This document shows, one piece after another, positions 33,846 through 47,855 of a stretch of DNA of 64,000 bases (the stretch's first letter is position 1; each line of letters starts with the position of its first letter). Under the pieces are notes generated by a model. It ran no database searches and was not told the DNA's origin. It saw only the letters and a program-made list of their open reading frames with translations. The stretch lies in contig NW_026854785.1 of the NCBI RefSeq assembly GCF_026571515.1, positions 1 to 64,000 of the forward strand, given 5' to 3'. Source of the stretch: Ruditapes philippinarum (taxonomy: Eukaryota). A program made the position numbers and the translations under genes.

Positions 33846-36800
33846 AAAACAAAAAAACAACTAACGGGTCCTTATTCCAGGATAGAGCAAAACACAAATA
33901 TTTATGATATTGTGCTGGACTGTCATTTTCAAGTACACGAATGATGAAAAATTGAAATAAAAACGTATAATTAAAATACTATCTTGTTTTCTTTTTACAT
34001 TGAGTACATAACAATTGAATTAAAAACACATTGCACAATTTCGATACAGACTACATGTATGTAGGCTTCTTTGTAGATTTGAATAGGAAATAAGCAAGCC
34101 AGCATGTTCTTCTTTCGATAAATACCACAGACTGATTTTCTGATACATTAATTTGTGTAATGTTTTTTTAATCTTAAGAGAACTTATCAGATTTTAATGC
34201 AAGAAAGAATATATGCTTTGTTCGATAAAACATTCTTTATTGAAATAAACACATGATAAGACGAATGTATTATTGTAAATAGGAAGATGTTTGTCATAAT
34301 AGGTTTGAATATTTCTTTGTAGAAATTGAATGTTACACTTGCTTAGATTCTAAATAACGCATATTTAACATAGAATCATATAATTATTAAGATGTCAATT
34401 ACTGAATAATGGAATATTTTCATGAAAGATTGCTGCTGCAAGATGGGATTTGTATCAAACAGATGAATGTTATATCAAAATTTATATTGTATAAATATAT
34501 AAGTAAAATATATTTAAGGATTTTAACTTTCAAAACACAACCCTGAAGATGACATAAAATGACACATTGTATATACGTTCTTTTCCTATTTCGATGGTTG
34601 CGGATTAGTAACTTAAATTACGTCAATTTCAAAGTTGAGACATTGTTATAAGTGTTATTAACTATACAATTGTTTTATTTTGCTGAGGTAATATCTAACT
34701 TTATTGACCTGGCTAATGTTATACTCGGCTGAAGTGAATGACACATTAGCAAGTCCCATTGACTTGGATATTGGCCAAACTCTTCGTAAATAAATGTTTT
34801 ATAATAAGACCAAAATAAAATTGTTCATTTGGTATCTTTCACGCAATCAAGCCAAAATAAGCGGACAGAAAGTACAGAAGTTGTATTCTTGTTTCGCCAT
34901 TTGCGTTCATTTCTAAAGCGTATATGTCATAAGAATGCAAAGCAAAACGTCTTTTTATTACATCATATTTTTGTCAGAAAGAACGCTGTTATATATTACG
35001 TACTCATTATATGTTTTATGTAACGTTGATACCAATAGAAACATGGGAAAAAGTGAATAAAACTATATTACAAATGTGCGATATCAATGCAAAGGGACGT
35101 AATTTGCGTTATACAAAAGCGTAAATGCGTAACATCATTAACGTGTCAATAAAAAAAAAATTAACTGTAGAAAAATTTAATTTAAAATAAAAATGTATGT
35201 GAGGAGGAGAATATTCCATTCGTGTAGATTCAATTCGAAATTCATTGTAGTCGTTGGAAAAAATTCTCTCTATATAGCATTTACTAACTTAATCGAATCT
35301 GGAAAAGCGTTTTCTTTATTCCCGGCATCAGTGACGCTGTTAATGTATCATTAAACCTAATATCCATATTTTTAATAGGTTTAAATAACATCTTAATTTC
35401 ACATCAATTAGCAATTAGCGTTAATCATTATCTGATTACAGTTAGAGTGGATATATTACATCCTGACCGATCATCGACAGTTTGTTAAAAGAGGATTGAA
35501 ATGCTCGTATGAAATAAATGATTCGATACCAATTTGTTTTTGCTTAAAACATTACAGTTTACTGTGAAATTAAGTCATTTTTGACATTTTCATATTTGTT
35601 TAAGCATTTGGAGATAGATGTAAACAGAATCTCGTTAAAATGAAATTCACATTCTGACGTGTAACCTATTAAGTGATGAAAGGCTGTGATGACAATCGAT
35701 CAGTAGTACACAGATGTTGATGTCCATGCACAGTTATTACTTTATTTAAAAGCTACATCTCTATCTAGCAGGAATATTTTCACGAAAAATATTATAGAAG
35801 TTTATTCCTATAAAAATGTGTCTTATAAATTTTAATTCATAAAGCATTTATGCTATTTGGATACACACTTAAATATTTTGAAATATGGATTATGACTCTG
35901 CCGTTAAACGTATAAAATCTACATGACTTATTACGATGCTTGCCGATCAATAATGATGTAAATAAAACATACATTGTGAGTAAACTACAATTATCTAGTC
36001 TCGCTACCGTTATTTCTATACTGTTACTTAATTATAATTCAATATTGAATGTTGATGGAAGTACTGGGAAAATACCGCGAGTGTTTGAAATAAAACGTAG
36101 TTAACAATCAAATGTAATATGTGTTTATCATTACAAAATGGTAGAAATGGCTTAACATTAATACGAATTTAATATATGGAAATAAATTTCGATATTCGAT
36201 AGTGAATAATGAAGATGCTGATGATTTGCTAGTTTGCCGTCAATTAATTTTGAGTTTTAAAAAGGTGCTAATTTTGACTGTTCTTTGTGAGTTTCAATAT
36301 GTATTAGTAGTTTTGATTTTATTTCACATGCTCTTATTGCATTTAAAAGATTTATCGGCATTTGTTAACTATATTCTATTAATTTAGTTCAACGTGTTCT
36401 AACTTAAAATTAAGTTGAACTTTGCATTTAAGCTTTTTCTGATGTATTTGTATTTTCGGAACAAAGGTCGCAATTCAAAGTCCCATTCAGGAAATACATA
36501 CTCGATTGATAAAAACTTGCAAAATATTTCATCTTACATGTTAAATGTCAAAATGTGAAAAGATGAGCAAAATATTGTACGAAACCTTTGTCAATATCTC
36601 AATTAGTCATAGCATGTCAACCTTTCATATCATTTAGTAATTTTACAATCTTTGTTGTGAAGAGGTTTTTTTTTAATTTTCAAGAAGACATCATTCAATG
36701 TTCATGTTTAATTTGTACTTCACTTTTATAAGGAGATTCCCATGATGGACATCATTCAATTCTTTTTTGAATTTCACAAATATGGATAGAAGTATTTTCT

Positions 36801-37907
36801 AGTATAGAGGTATCTTCATTTTTATGTCAAGAATATTGTATAAACCTTATTAACCTAATCTGTTACTTATTGATAACCGGTAAGTGTTGTCAACTTATAT
36901 ATCTTAGTGTTATTTACCGGAATGATCTTAATAAATTATGTTTTTGCATTGTATAAATTCTAATATGTATTCCAACATATAGTTAATGGAAATAAGTCTA
37001 TGCATGTTGACAATATTGAATCTATAAATCACATAGAAAAAGAAGTGAGAAAATTAATATTGAACCATGCTTCTTAACTATATTTCTTTACAAGATATTT
37101 TAATAATTACTGTATCTAAAATACCTCCACCTGCATTGTAACGTTTTCTATCATTGATAAACGAATAATAATATAATGTCTGAATAATTCAGTTTTCTGT
37201 CATTAACATGTTATCAAAAAATAGCGATGTTTGTAGAATACATTGTACATTTGGGTATAGTTTATTAGCATAGGAATCGAAATATAAGAAAAGTCTCAAA
37301 CAAAATGTTTAAACCTAATACTTGGTCGGAATAAGTGATTGAATATTCATACTATTTTTGTACATGCTTTCTATATTGCAGGAGTGAGATTCCAATTTAT
37401 CAAAGGATTTTGTCATCTTGGTAAAAAAATATATAGAAAAGTGAAATACGTTAAAAATGATATGAAAAATGGATTAAGTCAAAGAGGAACAATTTATTAA
37501 AAAATTGGCAAACGCATTTCACATTTACACTCATTCAAAATCTACTTTGGAATGTCAATAAGCAATTGAAGAAGTTAAATAGAGGAGGAAGAAAATGCTT
37601 ATTTCTGAAGAGGAAATCACTTGAGGATAATTATTTATTTAATAAACCACACAACTTTTACATTTATACGGAAAAGGCTTGTTAACATGTGACATAATTA
37701 AGTTGAATTAGTAAATAATCTACATGTATCAATTAATTACAGATATTTTTATGAGCTTATTTCGGCATGAAAAATATGTGTTATACAAAAAGGATATGAA
37801 TATTATGAATTAAAGCTGGAATAGATCTTTTATATAACATGTGTTGTTTTTAAGTGATTTTTCATTGATAAACTTTGTAAAAAGTATTAGTTGGAAGAAT
37901 TTTAAAT

Positions 37908-40015
37908 ATGTCTGGTTTATCAGGTATCGGAGTATTTTGGGCGTTTTCATCTTTTATTTCATCTGTAATATTATGTGTTGGATATTTTGTGCCTTACTGG
38001 TTGACTGGAAAGTTATTAATTCAGCTTAGAGGAAAATCAGAACAAACCGTGCCTGTACATTTTGGTATATTCCGTAGGTGTAATTATCCAACAATAGATT
38101 CAAATAAGGAACTTTCTATTGTACTGGAATGTGGTAGATACACGACTTTCATGGACATTCCGAGTGTATCATGGCAGATAGCTTCTCTTGTAGTTGGGCT
38201 TGGATGTTCGATCTGCCTTCTTGTATCACTGACAGCTATGTTTGGTGTTTGTGTTAAAGGTGTTGTTATTCCAACGGTGGCACGGACGGCTGGAGTTCTT
38301 CAAATGTGTTCAGGTTTGTCAACTTTTATGATTCCTGACAAATTGAAACACCTATCAAATCAAATCAAAAACCTTAAAGTTAACAAGGAGAAAGGACAAA
38401 AAAATACAGAAAGGTCCAAGTCATGGTTAAGTGAATTGGCCTTTAATGGAAGGTCTGTTCTTTAATAAATAATAACGAAGATGGTATTTAGTATAAGAGA
38501 AAAAAAGATGTATGTTTGATGTTGGTAAGTATGAGATACATGATCATATATTACATATTTTATATACTTAAATATGCCACACTTAATCAATTGAAACACA
38601 TGTCAAAGAGGCCACAGCTATATCATTTATTTTTTCATTTGTTTCATCTGGATTTAAAAATAAAATGAGGTTATTTCACTAGTATTTGGAATTGGAATAT
38701 GTATTTAAGTCGAATAGTATTTTGGTTTACTATCATCTTACAAGGCGCAGGTGAGGGACATCAATATAACCTAGAATTTACTTTTCGGAAACAAATTTAC
38801 ATCATGTAAAAACGATTCTTCGGCAAAAAATTATTTCATTCAATCTAAACGCTTACAGCAGTCGTTGAAAATAAAAAAAGTTGCATTATCAGATAAAATT
38901 GATAGTTCTAAAGATAGGAACTCATACAGCTTGAGGTAAACATATCTTATATTTGAAGAGTTGGAATGCAAACAACAGATATCTAGCACCTGTTTATATT
39001 CCTAAAATGACTTTTAAGTTTATTATCTTTCTTAATCTCTTTTAACGTAAATTCTCTTCATATAGGTAAACGGTGAAAATGAAAAAAAAAGATGTTAGAA
39101 TGAAACTTTTCATAAACTTACTGGCTGTTAGATTACATTTGCCATTGTACACATGTCTCCCACTAAATCTATGTCAACTATAAGTTGTTTCCCTTATTTC
39201 CTGTTGCATCTGATACACGAATTCATGGGCTGAAACAAACGTCTCTATTTGCATGAGTAACAATAGTCTTTTGTATTTTAAAGCGTTATCATTAATAATC
39301 AAGATAAATTTGTAGGAATTAACAAAAGACTATGTGTTATAGATTAGAATATCAGTGTTGGGTATTTGGTTTATCAATACATTTCATTTTTGTTTCATGA
39401 TTCTCACAATCGATGAATTCATGTTTTATTGTTAGAGGAATCAGAGCAATAGAACTGAAACTGTGGGTGATATTATAATCTCATATGTCCCTCTCGTAAA
39501 CCGCTGTAAAATGTGATCACTGTTTCTATTTCAGGTCTATTAATAGGTACAGGTGTTGGCATATATCCGAAAGGTTGGGACAGCCCGGAAGTGAAACAAG
39601 CGTGTGGCAACACTTCTAAATCTTACTATTATGGTAAAAACTTTTCGAGATCATTAAGAAGATTTTCAATCCCGTTTTCAAGATAATGCGTTATTGTGTT
39701 TACATGGAATAAGATAGTGCTTTCTATATTAAACAATAAAGTGTATCTCGTATATGTATATTTTTGAACTTATCTTTCAAACAAATCAATAAAACATGAG
39801 CAGAACAATGAACAGATAAATGCGGAATAAAATTACGACATTGAGATTTGAGATTTAAAGAGAAGGTGTAATTTGTCAATCTCGTTTCAGGTGACTGTAC
39901 GTTATCTTGGTGTTTCTATATAACATGTGCTGGCATAGGTGTAACCTTGATATGTTCAGCTCTCGCTTTTCACTCTCCCAAACGGAAACACGTCGTTCAT
40001 GGTTATGCAATTTAG
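37908..40015 (+). CDS. LHFPL6: LHFPL6-like protein, copy 2 (more divergent paralogue), 209 aa. Exons are 37908-38313, 39535-39633 and 39891-40015.
   Basis: Identical exon sizes (406/99/125) and phases. Contains FGIFRRCNYP, ECGRYTTF and YPKGWDSPEVKQACG, and ends KHVVHGYAI*. Confidence 0.92.
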
Positions 40016-43000
40016 ACTATTACCTGAAGTTTCACCATAATAGGCCTAAGAGGAAACTGTGAAAGTCGCCCGAGGCAGCCAAATTGAAAACGTTTTGCTC
40101 GGTTTGATTGAAGGTTCAGATATATACAATGGTGAAGAAAAAACAATAAATGTGCATTGATTTTATTGTTGATAAATTTGTACAAAAAAATGTTTTAAAA
40201 TAAATAATCATTTTATTGTGTCTCCGGAAAAAGAAGCAAACATAATCAATCCTTACTTTCTTTTACTAAGAGGAATAGAGCCTTCACAATAACACAACCG
40301 TAACATAATGATAAACAACATATATGTCGGAAGGAGCAAAGGTACATTAACAGACATTTAGTTCCGGGACAGAGAACTACTAAGAGGATAAGATGTGTGA
40401 TGTTAATTTACGGGTGTGAATAAACAACATAAGCATAATGAAAATCTGCAAATATTTATTCAGACACGCTGAAGAGTTTCGATAGCTAAGTTTGTGAATC
40501 AAGATTGAATATGCACGTAAATGTTAAGGAATCTGGTTTAGTGACAGAGCAGTCTGATTTGTTTCCATATTTGTACAAACAATACTCTACATGTGTATCT
40601 AATAAATTAAGTAAAATTATTATCGAAATTGTTTGACAATATCGGTGCTTGGTTTTGATAATAAATCAATGACGTCATCTGTTTTACGATACTGATGCTA
40701 AGCAAATTCTTACAGAGAACATACACATCAATTCTAGGAAGGATGTTCCCTTGAGAGCAATAACGACAATAAGCTTAAGGTTAATACAATTATAGTGAAA
40801 AAAAAAACATTTGTTTCATGTATCGTGTCCTAGAATCACATTTTTAGTTTTGATATCTATGTTTTAAACTTCCAGATAAAGATGCTCTAGGTTTAAAAGC
40901 AGTTGATGTTTCTTTACGGATTAACATTGAAGTTATATTTTGTTTTCAGTAAAGACTAAAAACACTTTGATTTGTATCACGGAGACATCAATTATTCAAG
41001 ATAAAATAAGAATAATTGTTTAGAAATGTGATTTTTAATGTAAGATGCGCGTGGTAATAGGTTTTCATACCTTTTGATTTTATATACGTAATTACCATGA
41101 TCTAAACCTTTTAAAACGTTTTCAAAATTATTCAACTGAATTAAATTTTCAAAAGGGACATATTGTTTGATGGCACCGTTGATTTAGTCACAAAAACACC
41201 GTGTCTGTTGTTTAGAGATAATGAAAAAATCACGCGAACATTATTGCACCGGCTTAATCTATACTCAATCTACAACACATTACGTATTAAAATGATTAAC
41301 ACAGAAAGACAACCCTGAAAACTAAAAAATAATTGTTAATTACCGAAATAGCCCATTAATTATGCCCAAACTGGTTAACAGTTAAGCAAAACGCAAATGT
41401 CTTTGTATTTGATTTAGAAATTGTGTAAGTATCGTGCTCACAAACTGTAATTGTCAGCCCTTGTACCTGGTCGAACTGCAATTACAAGGAAGGCTATAAT
41501 TTAACATAATTATAATGTGAAAAAAACAGTGAAACCATAAGATGCGAACGTTTTTTTTATCACATTTTGTTGACATGAATGTAAAGCAATTACAATTATA
41601 ATATAAAATGGAGTATTTGTGAAGTATTATGACAGTCATCTTTTTAAATTCTAAACATATTTAAGGTAATTTTTATATAAAACTAACTGAATAAAATGTG
41701 TATAATGATGAACTGACAAGAGACTAAACATACGTTTTTCGTCACAAGTTACTTTAGAAAAAATGCTTTGATTATTGTCTTAAATAAGTGGTAATCATAT
41801 TTAAATTACAAAAATACCTTCCTTCAAGAACTGAATCATTACAACTAAAGACATTCAAATTGAAAAATTTGTTTCATTAGCGTACATTTATGTAAACAAT
41901 GGTTAGCTATTTCAAGAAAAAGTAGTACATTCAGAATACATTTAAGTTTGGGATAGTAAAAAAGAGAGATGTCGTATAAATACATTAGATAAATTTCATA
42001 ATTAAAGCAACTTACACACAAGAAACATTGAAAGCAAACATAAAACGATAGCCACAAAATGCAAATATTTTATTCTGAAACTCGAAGGTAATAAAATATT
42101 GATTGTGAGTAGAAAAGTTAACATCCTTCTCGTTAACATTTACATTTTAACAAACCTCAGATTATCTAAGGCATCATCAATTAAATTAGTTACTTTCTTT
42201 TCAATGCCGAAAATTAGGAATTATTGCAAACAAAACTTTTACACTTTTGACTTAAATGACCAATGTTTTATGAAAGATGATAAGAACATTAAAATTAGTA
42301 TTCAGATCAAGCTGTTTCAATTTTAATTCTAGCACGGATAAACCTTAATCATACTCATACTTATTTATATTTAATACTGAATTTATGATATCCGTCATCA
42401 TTTTAAAATTAATTGTTTCATTAAGTTTCAATCAATTTTTACTGTGCTTATATATTTGATACTAAATGAAACATCAATCTGAAACAGTTTTATACACCAC
42501 TTAAAGTTAGTCTAGAAAGTTTCATCACATACTTGTTTTGGAACTATACAGAATGAATTTTATTTCTTTTATGAACAAAAACAAACACTGCGCAGCAAAT
42601 ATGACAGATAAAACTTTCCAGACTGCATAGTGATTACGTAACTCGCTTCTGACAAAGCCATAAAAGCCCAACGTAGGATTAGTAAAATGTAAACACTATC
42701 TGGTCACTTTTCATTAAATTGGAAGTGGTCCTATACAACATCAAGATGAGTCGTTATTTCTCCGTGACAGTTGATCTCGGACATTAAGACTAATGGTCAT
42801 TTGTCTCTCACCGCTGATTCAGAAATTATGCGGAATAAGTAGTCGGCCATTTGCTGAGATATTTCTGGTTACGTTGATATCGATAATTCTCTTCGCATAT
42901 GTACTACTGGTATATTTCCATACATGCAGATTTGTTATAAACTGCATTGTTAAAGAAATTTTTAAAGTCTACGACGATCACTAACTTCAGTTAATCAGAA

Positions 43001-44035
43001 GTGGTTTTTAGTAAACATTTGTACATTTTTACACTTATTATTTCATTAAGACCAGAGAATCCTATTGGGGAAAACTAAAATTGTGATTTTTGCAATTTGT
43101 TATGAATTTATGTCGGAAAATCTTGTTTCAATAACTCAAACTGAAACAAAGTTCGTCAGTATCGCTGGTAAACCTGATAACATGAATCCTTAGAGAAATG
43201 TACCGTTCGTTATGCAATAGCAACATTTCGTTTTACTGCACGACAAACAGAAAGCCGTATAAAATCACCAGACTGGTTCAAATGATACCTTATTGACGTA
43301 AATATTTTCAGAAAGATAAAATTTGTTCCCATAAATGTTTAATTAATAAAATGGATAATAAATCTACACCTTATGTTCATTATACCTATTATAGCATAAA
43401 ATCGGCTATTTTCCCCTCTTTTGCCCATGTTATAACGGGGCCAAAACCATGCGTTAACATAGTCACGCGCTCTTGTTATAGCCCGGTTTTACCTATGCGC
43501 AATACATACAGGGCCCAGTAAACAAACAAAAAATGACGATTTGGCCTGTTTGCCAGAGTCATGCGCTCTTTTTATATTGGAATTATTAATTCGAGGGCCT
43601 CAGTGAGGTATATTTAGCCTCCAATATCGTGCAAGAGACCGTGGTCTCTTCTTGGTCACATGACAGCGAAGGGACGCAACCGATGTAAAGTTAAGGCTAC
43701 TCTTCAAATAGGAGGAGTATCGCATTTGAAAATGGAAATGTGGAAAATGCAAAATAAATAATTAAGAACCAGTTTTTAATATTTGACGTTACATGATATG
43801 AAATAACATCTTATTACAGGGTTTTGGTAAATAATGTTTTGCGTGTACTTTTTTAATACTTAATCTGAGACGGAAGATAGTCCCTTCTTTCTTCTTCTTC
43901 CAATATACTGGCCACCTTCAACTAACTGAAGTTTACTGCCAGGTTAATGCGCAAGACAAATCCCAGATTTAATTATGGAGCAACAATGCGGCCAATGCCC
44001 CATGTTTGAGATCGGATGATTTGAAATGTAGAACC

Positions 44036-47000
44036 GATATATGAAACCAGACTGTCCTAGTGGTCTCAACTGGTCTCGTGTACCACATCTCATTTATGAT
44101 ATATGAGACCAGACTGTTCTTGGAGAAGTGGGACTCAACTGGTCTCATGAACCACATCTGATATATGAGACCAGACTGTTCTAGGTGAAGTGGGACTCAA
44201 CTGGTCTCATGTACCACATCTGATTTATGAGACCAGACTGTTCTAGGTGAAGTGGGACTCAACTGGTCTCATGTTACACATCTGATATATGAGACCAGAC
44301 TGTTCTAGGTGAAGTGGGACTCAACTGGTCTCATGTTCCACATCTGATATATGAGACCAGACTGTCCTAGGTGAAGAGGGACTCAACTGGTCTCATGTAC
44401 CACATCTGATATATGAGACCAGACTGTTCTATCTAAAGTAAGACTCAACTGGTCTCATGTTACACATCTGATATATGAGACCAGACTGTTCTAGCTAAAG
44501 TGGAACTCAACTGGTCTCATGTACCACATCTGATATATGAGACCAGACTGTTCTAGTTGAAGTGGGACTCAACTGGTCTCATGTTACACATCTGATATAT
44601 GCGACCAGACTGTTCTAGGTAAAGTGGGACTCAACTGGTCTCATGTTACACATCTGATATATGAGACCAGACTGTTCTAGCTAATGTGGAACTCAACTGG
44701 TCTCATGTTCTGCATCTGATATATGAGACCAGACTTTTCTAGGTGAAGTGGGACTCAACTGGTCTCATGCACCACATCTGATATATGAGACCAGATTGTT
44801 CTAGGTGAAGTGGGAATCAACTGGTCTCATGTTCTGCATCTGATATATGAGACCAGACTGTTCTAGTTGAAGTGGGACTCAACTGGTTTCATGTTACACA
44901 TTTGATTTATGAGACCAGACTGTTCTAGCTAAAGTGGAACTCAACTGGTCTCATGTTCTGCATCTGATATATGAGACCAGACTGTCCTAGGTTAAGTGGG
45001 ACTCAACTGGTCTCATGTACCACATCTGATATATGAGACCAGACTGTTCTAGCTAAAGTAAGACTCAACTGGTCTCATGTTACACATCTGATATATGAGA
45101 CCAGACTGTTCTAGCTAAAGTGGGACTCAACTGGTCTCATGTACCACATCTGATATATGCGACCAGACTGTTCTAGGTGAAGTGGGACTCAACTGGTCTC
45201 ATGTACCACATCTGATATATGCGACCAGACTGTTCTAGGTGAAGTGGAACTCAACTGGTCTCATGTTACACATCTGATATATGACACCAGACTGTTCTAG
45301 CTAAAGTGGAACTCAACTGGTCTCATGTTCTGCATCTGATATATGAGACCAGACTGTCCTAGGTTAAGTGGGACTCAACTGGTCTCATGTACCACATCTG
45401 ATATATGAGACCAGACTGTTTTAGCTAAAGTAAGACTCAACTGGTCTCATGTACCACATCTGATATATGAGACCAGACTGTTTTAGCTAAAGTAAGACTC
45501 AACTGGTCTCATGTTACATATCTGATATATAAGACCAGACTGTTCTAGCTAAAGTGGGACTCAACTGGTCTCATGTACCGCATCTGATATATGCGACCAG
45601 ACTGTTCTAGGTGAAGTGGGACTCAACTGGTCTCATGTTACACATCTAATATATGAGACCAGACTGTTCTCGCTAAAGTAAGACTCAACTGGTCTCATGT
45701 ACCACATCTGATATATAAGACCAGACTGTTCTAGCTAAAGTAAGACTCAACTGGTCTCATGTTACACATCTGATATATGAGACCAGACTGTTCTAGCTAA
45801 AGTGGGACTCAACTGGTCTCATGTACCGCATCTGATTTATGAGACCAGACTGTTCTAGCTAAAGTGGGACTCAACTGGTCTCATGTACCACATCTGATAT
45901 ATGAGACCAGACTGTCCAAGGTGAAGTTGGACTCAACTGGTCTCATGATACACATCTGATTTATGAGACTAGACTGTCCTAGGTGAAGAGAGTCTCAACT
46001 GGTCTCATGTACCACATCTGATATATGAGACCAGACTGTTCTAGCTAAAGTGGGACTCAACTGGTCTCATGTTACACATCTGATTTATGAGACCAGACTG
46101 TTCTAGGTGAAGTGGGACTCAACTGGTCTCATGTTACACATCTGATATATGAGACCAGACTGTTCTAGGTGAAGTGGGACTCAACTGGTCTCATGTTTCG
46201 CATTTAATTTATGAGACCAGACTGTCCTAGGTGAAGAGGGTGTCAACTGGTCTCATGTACCGCATCTGATATATGAGACCAGACTGTTCGAGGTGAAGTG
46301 GGACTCAAGTGGTCTCATGTTCTGCATCTGATATATGAGACCAGACTATCCAAGTGAAGTGGGACTCAACTGGTCTCAAGTTCCGCATCTGATTTATGAG
46401 ACCAGACTGTCCTAGGTGAAGAGGGTCTCAACTGGTCTCATGTACCACATCTGATATATGAGACCAGACTGTTCTAGGTGAAGAGGGTCTCAACTGGTCT
46501 CATGTACCACATCTGATATATGAGACCAGACTGTTCTAGGTAAAGTGGGACTCAACTGGTCTCATGTACCACATCTGATATATGAGACCAGACTGTTCTA
46601 GCTAAAGTGGGACTCAACTGGTCTCATGTACCACATCTGATATATGAGACCAGACTGTCCTAGGTGAAGTGGGACTCAACTGGTCTCATGTACCACATCT
46701 GATATATGAGACCAGACTGTTCTAGGTGAAGTGGGACTAAACTGGTCTCATGTACCACATCTGATATATGAGACCAGACTGTTCTAGCTGAAGTGGGACT
46801 CAACTGGTCTCATGCACCACATCTTATATATGAGACCAGACTGTTCTAGGTGAAGTGGGACTCAACTGGTCTCATGAACCACATCTGATATATGAGACCA
46901 GACTGTTCTAGCTAAAGTGGGACTCAACTGGTCTCATGTACCACATCTGATATATGAGACCAGACTGTTCTAGGTGCAGTGGGACTCAACTGGCCTCATG

Positions 47001-47855
47001 TACCACATCTGATATATAAGACCAGACTGTTCTAGGTGAAGTGGGTCTCAACTGGTCTCATATTCCACATCTGATATATGAGACCAGATTGTTCTAGGTA
47101 AAGTCGAACTCATCTGGTCTCATGTACCACATCTGATTTATGAGACCAGACTGTTCTAGGTGAAGTGGGACTCAACTGGTCTCATGTACCACATCTGATA
47201 TATGAGACCAGACTGTTCTAGGTGAAGTGGGACTCAACTGGTCTCATGTTCCGCATCTGATTTATGAGACCTGGCTGTTCTAGGTGAAGTGCCACTCAAC
47301 TGGTCTCATGTTACACATTGATTTATGAGACCAGGCTGTTCTAGGTGAAGACGGTCTCAACTGGTCTCATGTACCACATCTGATATATGAGACCATACGA
47401 TTCTAGGTAAAGTGGGACTCAACTGGTCTCATGCACCACATCTGATATATGAGACCAGACTTTTCTAGGTGAAGTTGGTCTCAACTGGTCTCATGCACCC
47501 TATCTGATTTATGAGACCAGACTGTTCTAGCTAAAGTTGGACTCAACTGGTCTCATGTTCTGCATCTGATATATGAGTCCAGACTGTTCTAGGTGAAGAG
47601 GGTCTCAACTGGTCTCATGTACCACATCTGATATATGAGACCAGACTGTCCTAGGTGAAGTCAGACTCAACTGATCTCATGTACCACATCTGATATATGA
47701 GACCAGACTGTTCTAGGTGAAGTGGGACTCAACTGGTCTCATGTACCGCATCTGATATATGAGACCAGACTGTTCTAGGTGAAGATGGTCTCAACTGGTC
47801 TCATGTACCACATCTGATATATGAGACCAGACTGTCCTAGGTGAAGTCAGACTCA
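44036..47855. repeat. Tandem array (mini/satellite), 62 bp unit, about 61 copies, with an internal inverted repeat
   Basis: Consensus ATGAGACCAG-ACTGTTCTAGGTGAAGTGGGACTCAA-CTGGTCTCAT-GTACCACATCTGATAT. The period is 62 (e.g. 44161 to 44223). Confidence 0.97.

Larger units (their letters stand above)
23400..35350 (+). repeat. Segmental duplication, copy A (contains LHFPL6 copy 1)
   Basis: Collinear similarity to 50610-64000 through upstream DNA, exons, introns and downstream DNA. Example anchors: 23455/50665 ACTGCCACCA, 33540/61145 CATAGATACGATTTATTGCAGG, 35320/63947 TTCCC..CATCAGT. Confidence 0.9.

Noticed and set aside
38314-38465. C-terminal extensions of the LHFPL6 ORFs (also 26702-26739 and 53999-54093)
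   Set aside because: Read-through into intron 1. A conserved GT donor and in-frame downstream exons define the true structure.
44036-47855. CRISPR array (palindromic repeat plus spacers)
   Set aside because: The spacers are variants of one sequence rather than unique, there are no cas genes, and the context is eukaryotic and intron-containing
44036-47855. Synthetic Golden Gate construct (inverted BsaI sites GAGACC/GGTCTC in every unit) or a repetitive coding exon
   Set aside because: Natural-looking mutational variation and no vector sequence. The 62 bp period is not a multiple of 3 and no long ORF exists.
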